From Scenedesmus sp. PABB004 (Eukaryota): DNA of 64,000 bases. This document shows positions 59,791 through 64,000 of the stretch, piece by piece. The position numbers were made by a program, and so were the translations under genes. Position 1 is the stretch's first letter; the number at the start of each line of letters is the position of its first letter. The stretch is taken from assembly GCA_014905635.1 (NCBI GenBank), contig JABVCE010000010.1, positions 868,001-932,000 of the forward strand, written 5' to 3'. The notes below the pieces were generated by a model. That model worked only from the letters and a program-made list of their open reading frames with translations. It did no database searches and was not told the origin of the DNA.

Positions 59791-62700
59791 ATGTCGCGCG
59801 CGAGCGCGGCCTGGGGGGGGCTCAAGGTGGTGGCCGTCAACGTGAACGGCCTCAACCACAAGCCCAGCCGACAGGCGTTCTTCGCCTGGCTCCTGGCCTC
59901 CCGCTACCACGTGGTCGTCCTCACAGAGACGCACGCGCAGGGCGACGGCCAGGCCCGCAGGCGCCGAGTATCGAGTACTGCGACACTGTAGGTAGGCTGC
60001 TGCGCGTGGGCTGGCGCACGCAGCATGGCGACCGCCTCTCGGTGCTGGGCGTTTACGCGCCGTCCGAGCGGGCAGAGCGCCCTGCGTTCTTCGCGGGGCC
60101 GTACCAGGAGGCCCTCCTGGCAGGGCCGGCGGGCGCGCTGCTGCTGGCGGGCGGCGACTTCAACTGCGTCGTCTCGCCGGCTGACGTCCAGCCCCTGCCG
60201 GGGCAGGCGGCGGCGCGGTCTGGCAGATGCCACGGCGGCGCGGACCTCGCCCGCGCCAACGCGGCGGCGGGCGTCGTCGACGCGCTGCTGCGCGTGGCGC
60301 CGCAGCTCCGCGCGCAGCCCACGCACTACCAGCGGCGCGACGGGGCGGTGCACGGTGGCCGCATCGACGCGTGGTTTGTGGCGCAGGAGCTCGCCGACCA
60401 CTGGCTGGTCGGTGCGGCGCACCACCCGCTGTGCCACAGCGACCACAGGCCGGTCAGCGTCAGCCTGCAGCGGCCGGGACAGCCGCTGGCTGGGCGGCGA
60501 CGCTGGACGTTCCCCAACGACCTGCTCGCCTGCGCCAGCCGCCGGGCCGAGCTCCGCGACCGTGTAGCAGCTGCCGCGCGGCAGCTGCGGGACGCAGGGC
60601 TGGACCCGGGCGAGCTGTTTGAGCAGCTCAAACAGAGTGTGCGGCGCATCGCGGCGGAGCTGCGTGCGGAGATGCGGCAGCAGGAGCAGCAGGAGCTCCA
60701 CCAGCTGCGGCACGCGCTGCGCGCAGCGCGCTGGGCGGCAGGCAGCCAGCAGTACGGCTGCCCCGAGGCCGCCGCTAACGCCCTCGCCGCAGAGCGGGCG
60801 CTCGCCGCGGCGGAGGCGGCGCAGCGGCGGCAGCAGGCGGACGCTCTGGAGGCGGTATGGGACGAGTGCGGCGAGGGGCCCAGCCGCTGGTTCCACCGCC
60901 TGGGCCGCGCGCCGGGCGGCGCGCAGCCAATTCACGCGCTCGCCCGCCCGGGCCAGCCCGCCGTGCCGCTTACCTCCAGGGCAGGCATCCAGGAGGGCGG
61001 CCGCATCATCGCCGACTTCTTCGACGCGGACGTGCCGGGCGGCATGTTCGGCGTCCGGCCGACCGACCAGCAACAGCAGGACTGCATGCTGGACGCGCTG
61101 GACCGGCAGCTCTCGGCAACCGAGCAGCGGGCCTGCCGCGGGCAGGACCCCGAGGGGCTGCTCACGTTCGCCGAGGCGACGGCGGCGCTGGCCAGCCTAC
61201 CGCGCGGCGCGGCGCCGGCAGCGACGGCCTCACCTGCGAGGCCTACGCGGCCCTGTGGGAGGTGCTGGGCGAGCCGCTCGTCCAAGCCTTCAACTATCAC
61301 TACCTCAACCAGGCAGCCGGCGCGCCGCAGCTCGCGGCGACGCAGCGGCTCGGGCTCATCACGCTGATCCACAAGGGCGGCCAGCCGCGCGAGGCGGTCA
61401 GCAGCTACCGCCCCATCACGCTGCTCAACACAGACACCAAGATCGCAGCCAAGGCCATCGTGCAGCGGCTCGCGCCCGCGCTCGGCTCCATCGTCGACTG
61501 CACGCAGACGGCGTTTGTGCCGGGCCGGGACATCGCCGACAACGTGCTCATGCACCTGGAGGCGATCGACCACGCGCGCGAGACGCGCGCGCCGGGCTGC
61601 CTGCTGTTCCTCGACTTTGCCAAGGCCTACGACCGCCTCGACCGCGGCTGGCTGTTCAGGTGCCTCGCGCGCATGGGCCTGCCCGACGCAACCACGCGCT
61701 GGGTCCGCCTGCTGCTCGCAGGCACGCGGGCGCGCGTCGCCTTCAACGGCGGCCATGTCAGCCGCGAGTTCAGCGTGGCGTCGGGCTGCGCGCAGGGCAG
61801 CCCGCTCAGCCCGCTGCTGTATGTGCTGGCGGCGCAGCCGCTGGCGGCCATGTGCCGGCGCGTGCAGCGGCAGCCCGGCTTTGCCAGCCTGCAGCTGCCC
61901 GGCGGCGCAGGGCCGGCGCCCTGCTGCCACCAGCACGCAGACGACACCACCCTGCACGCAGCGTCAGTGGAGAGCGCCAAGCGGCTGCTGGACGGCGCCG
62001 TCGCGCCGTTCTGCCTGGCCAGCGGCGCGCAGCTCAACCTGGCCAAGTGCAAGGGCATGCTGCTGGGCGACCACCCGGCGCTGCAGCTGCAGCCGGATGG
62101 CAGCGGGCAGCTGGTCGAGTGCAGCACGGGCGTGTGCTTCCCGGACACAGAGCAGGCGCCGATCAGGCACCTGGGCGTGCTGCTCTCTGCCACCGGCGTC
62201 GAGCGGCACGCGGCGCAGCTTTACCGCGAGCGGCTGCGCACCATCACCTGCCGCATCGCGCACTGGTCGCGGTACGCGCTCACGCGCCCGGGCCGCCGGC
62301 ACGTTGCGCGCCAGGTGCTCGCGGCCTGCGTGGGCTGGCACGCGCAGTTTGTGCCGGTGCCGGCCGACCTCCTGCGCCTCATCCAGCGGCGCGTCACCGC
62401 CTACATCGTCGGCAACTGGTGCATCCGCGAGAGCGACAACCGCATTATCAGGCAGGTTCCGCGGGCGGCCATCGCGTGCCTGCCCGCGAGCATGGGCGGC
62501 GAGGCGCAGGTCGACGTCGCGGCCTTCACCACGGCAATGCTGGCCAAGACGGCCGCCAGGCTGCTGCACCCGGTGGGGGCGGCCTGGAAGCCACCCGCGG
62601 CGGCGCGCTTCGCGCGCGCGCTGCCTGGCCGGGGCACCGCCGCCCTCGTGCAGGGCACCGCGCTGGAGCTGCGGGCGCAGCTGCCGTGGCGGTGGGGCGC

Positions 62701-63171
62701 GATCGCCTGCGCGTTTGCGGCTCTCGGCGTGCACCGGGTGATCCCCCACGGCAGCATGACCGTGGAGCAGATCAGGGTGGAGGCCCTGGTGGGCAACTGC
62801 AGCGTCGGCGCGGCCCTGGGCGGCGCGCGCATCGCGTCGCTCGAGGACCTGCCCGCGGAGCTGCGCAGCGACAGCCTCGGGCAGGCGGCGCCGCGCCTGC
62901 CGTGGCGGCCGGCCGCCGACGGCGTCGTCATGCCGGGTGAGTGGCAGCAGGCGCTCGCGCGCAGCGGGCCGAGCGCGCCGGGTTGGCAGGCGCTGCGGCC
63001 CAGCGCGGCGCCGCCGTCGCCGGGCGGCGGCGTGGTGCAGCAGCCCCAGCAGCCGCTGGCGGCGCTGCCGGTGGAGCAGCCGCCGCAGCCGCCGCCGCCG
63101 CCGCCCGCCGTGCGGTGGGTACGGCGGTGGGCGCTGGGCGCGGCAGCGGCGAGCTTCTTCGAGGTGGGGCC
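59791..63171 (+). pseudogene. L1 ORF2: AP endonuclease plus reverse transcriptase, disrupted
   Basis: APE: VAVNVNGL, LTETH, VYAP, GGDFN, RID, SDH. RT: GSDGL, YRPITLLNTDTK, QTAFVPGRDIADN, LDFAKAYDR, GCAQGSPLSPLL, HADD, HLGV. Apparent deletion and frameshift near 59960, frameshift near 61215. Confidence 0.93.
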
Positions 63172-64000
63172 TTTTTTTTTTTTTTTTTTTTTGTTACAAT
63201 GGGTGACCAAACAAGGACCGAGGCCCAGGGGCAGCCCACTGAAAAAAACTCCAACGGGAAGAGCGCAGCAACCCCTCGTGAAAAACCGCGCCCCGGCGCC
63301 CCCCGAGAGGGGGCACACACATCACCCAACGGCACAGCCAGAGGCCAACGCCCAACGGGCGCCCAAGGAGACCAGGTGATGCCCCGCAATCAAAGGGGCA
63401 GCAGCAGATCAGGCCGCACACCCCCCTTCCGGTGCGGCGAGCCGCACCGGGCATCGGCGCAGCGAGGTGCACCGGCTCCAAGCCTCCGCGCAGAGACCAC
63501 GCGCAAACGCCATCCACGCTGGCGGCGGCAGGGGCCGGCCTCAGCGGCATCAGCCCCCGCGCCTCGCGACGACACACGCACACACCAGGGGGCAGCAGTT
63601 GGCTTTGCTGCAAAAACCCCTGAGAAAGCCGCGCACCGATGAGAAAGCCGCCCCACCGGGGCGGCTTTCTCAGCTCCATCGCCGCCGGCCCGATCCTTGT
63701 CGCCGCGTCGCCGGCACCGCCGCCGGGCAGGTCCTGCGGCTGCCGCTGCTGCTGCCGCTGCTGACCCTGCTCCATCGCCGCGGGGCGGCCCCTGGCCGCC
63801 TCGCCCGCGGCCGCCCGCGCCGCGCCGCCGGCTCGCGCGCCGCCAGCGCGCGCCGCACCTGCGCCCGGCACGCCCTGCGCGGGCGGCGGCGCCACGGGGG
63901 GCGCGGGCGCGCGGGCCTGCGCACGCTGCGGCGCAGCCTCGGCCCCCTCCGCGTCCGCCTCCAGCCGCGCCAGCGCCCGCTCGTAGGTCTGCTCGCTCGC
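63172..64000 (-). mobile_element. Antisense L1 copy: poly(A) plus ~490 bp of 3'UTR joined directly to ORF1 sequence; continues off the window
   Basis: T-run from 63172 and 3'UTR to about 63660; 63674-64000 is the reverse complement of ORF1 (..GDAATRIGPAAME). Confidence 0.92.

Larger units (their letters stand above)
55500..63171 (+). mobile_element. 5' part of the L1-clade LINE (5' region, ORF1, ORF2 APE+RT) carrying nested insertions
   Basis: Two-ORF architecture with APE and RT motifs; TSD-flanked inserts at 56474 and 57164. Confidence 0.93.

Noticed and set aside
61930..61950. HADD instead of YADD as a sign of a dead or novel RT
   Set aside because: The catalytic aspartates are intact and variation at this position occurs in L1-clade RTs; the disruptions elsewhere matter more.
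49000..64000. Telomeric location of the LINE cluster
   Set aside because: No TTTAGGG-type repeats in the window; a subtelomeric position cannot be excluded but is unsupported.

Overview
Extremely GC-rich (about 80% by eye), intron-rich eukaryotic nuclear DNA, most consistent with a chlorophycean green alga. Supporting signs are TGTAA poly(A) signals, plastid-targeted RF1, CPN10 and FKBP, and a FOX1-type ferroxidase. Positions 1-49,000 are a dense block of about 16 genes, nearly all spliced: a long low-complexity protein, RPS12, an LRR protein, a SlyD-like FKBP, an amino-acid transporter, a KDEL PDI-like protein, a six-domain multicopper ferroxidase, a coiled-coil protein, a SPRING/C12orf49 homolog, prfA, CPN10, HAUS1, NAP1/NCKAP1, AMMECR1, SNAPC3 and an F-box/LRR protein. 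At about 49.1 kb the sequence switches abruptly to repeats: a ~172-bp satellite array (~16 copies) and a deeply nested cluster of one L1-clade LINE that inserts into itself and into a relative, with 12-14 bp TSDs. A near full-length ~8.3-kb element can be rebuilt from two oppositely oriented halves. This Zepp-like self-nesting LINE island plus nucleosome-length satellite is the best candidate for an undescribed system, possibly a centromere or pericentromere edge. GC-AG introns are unusually frequent. Many single-base frameshifts in G/C runs are probably assembly errors. All family calls come from motif recognition by eye; no searches were run.
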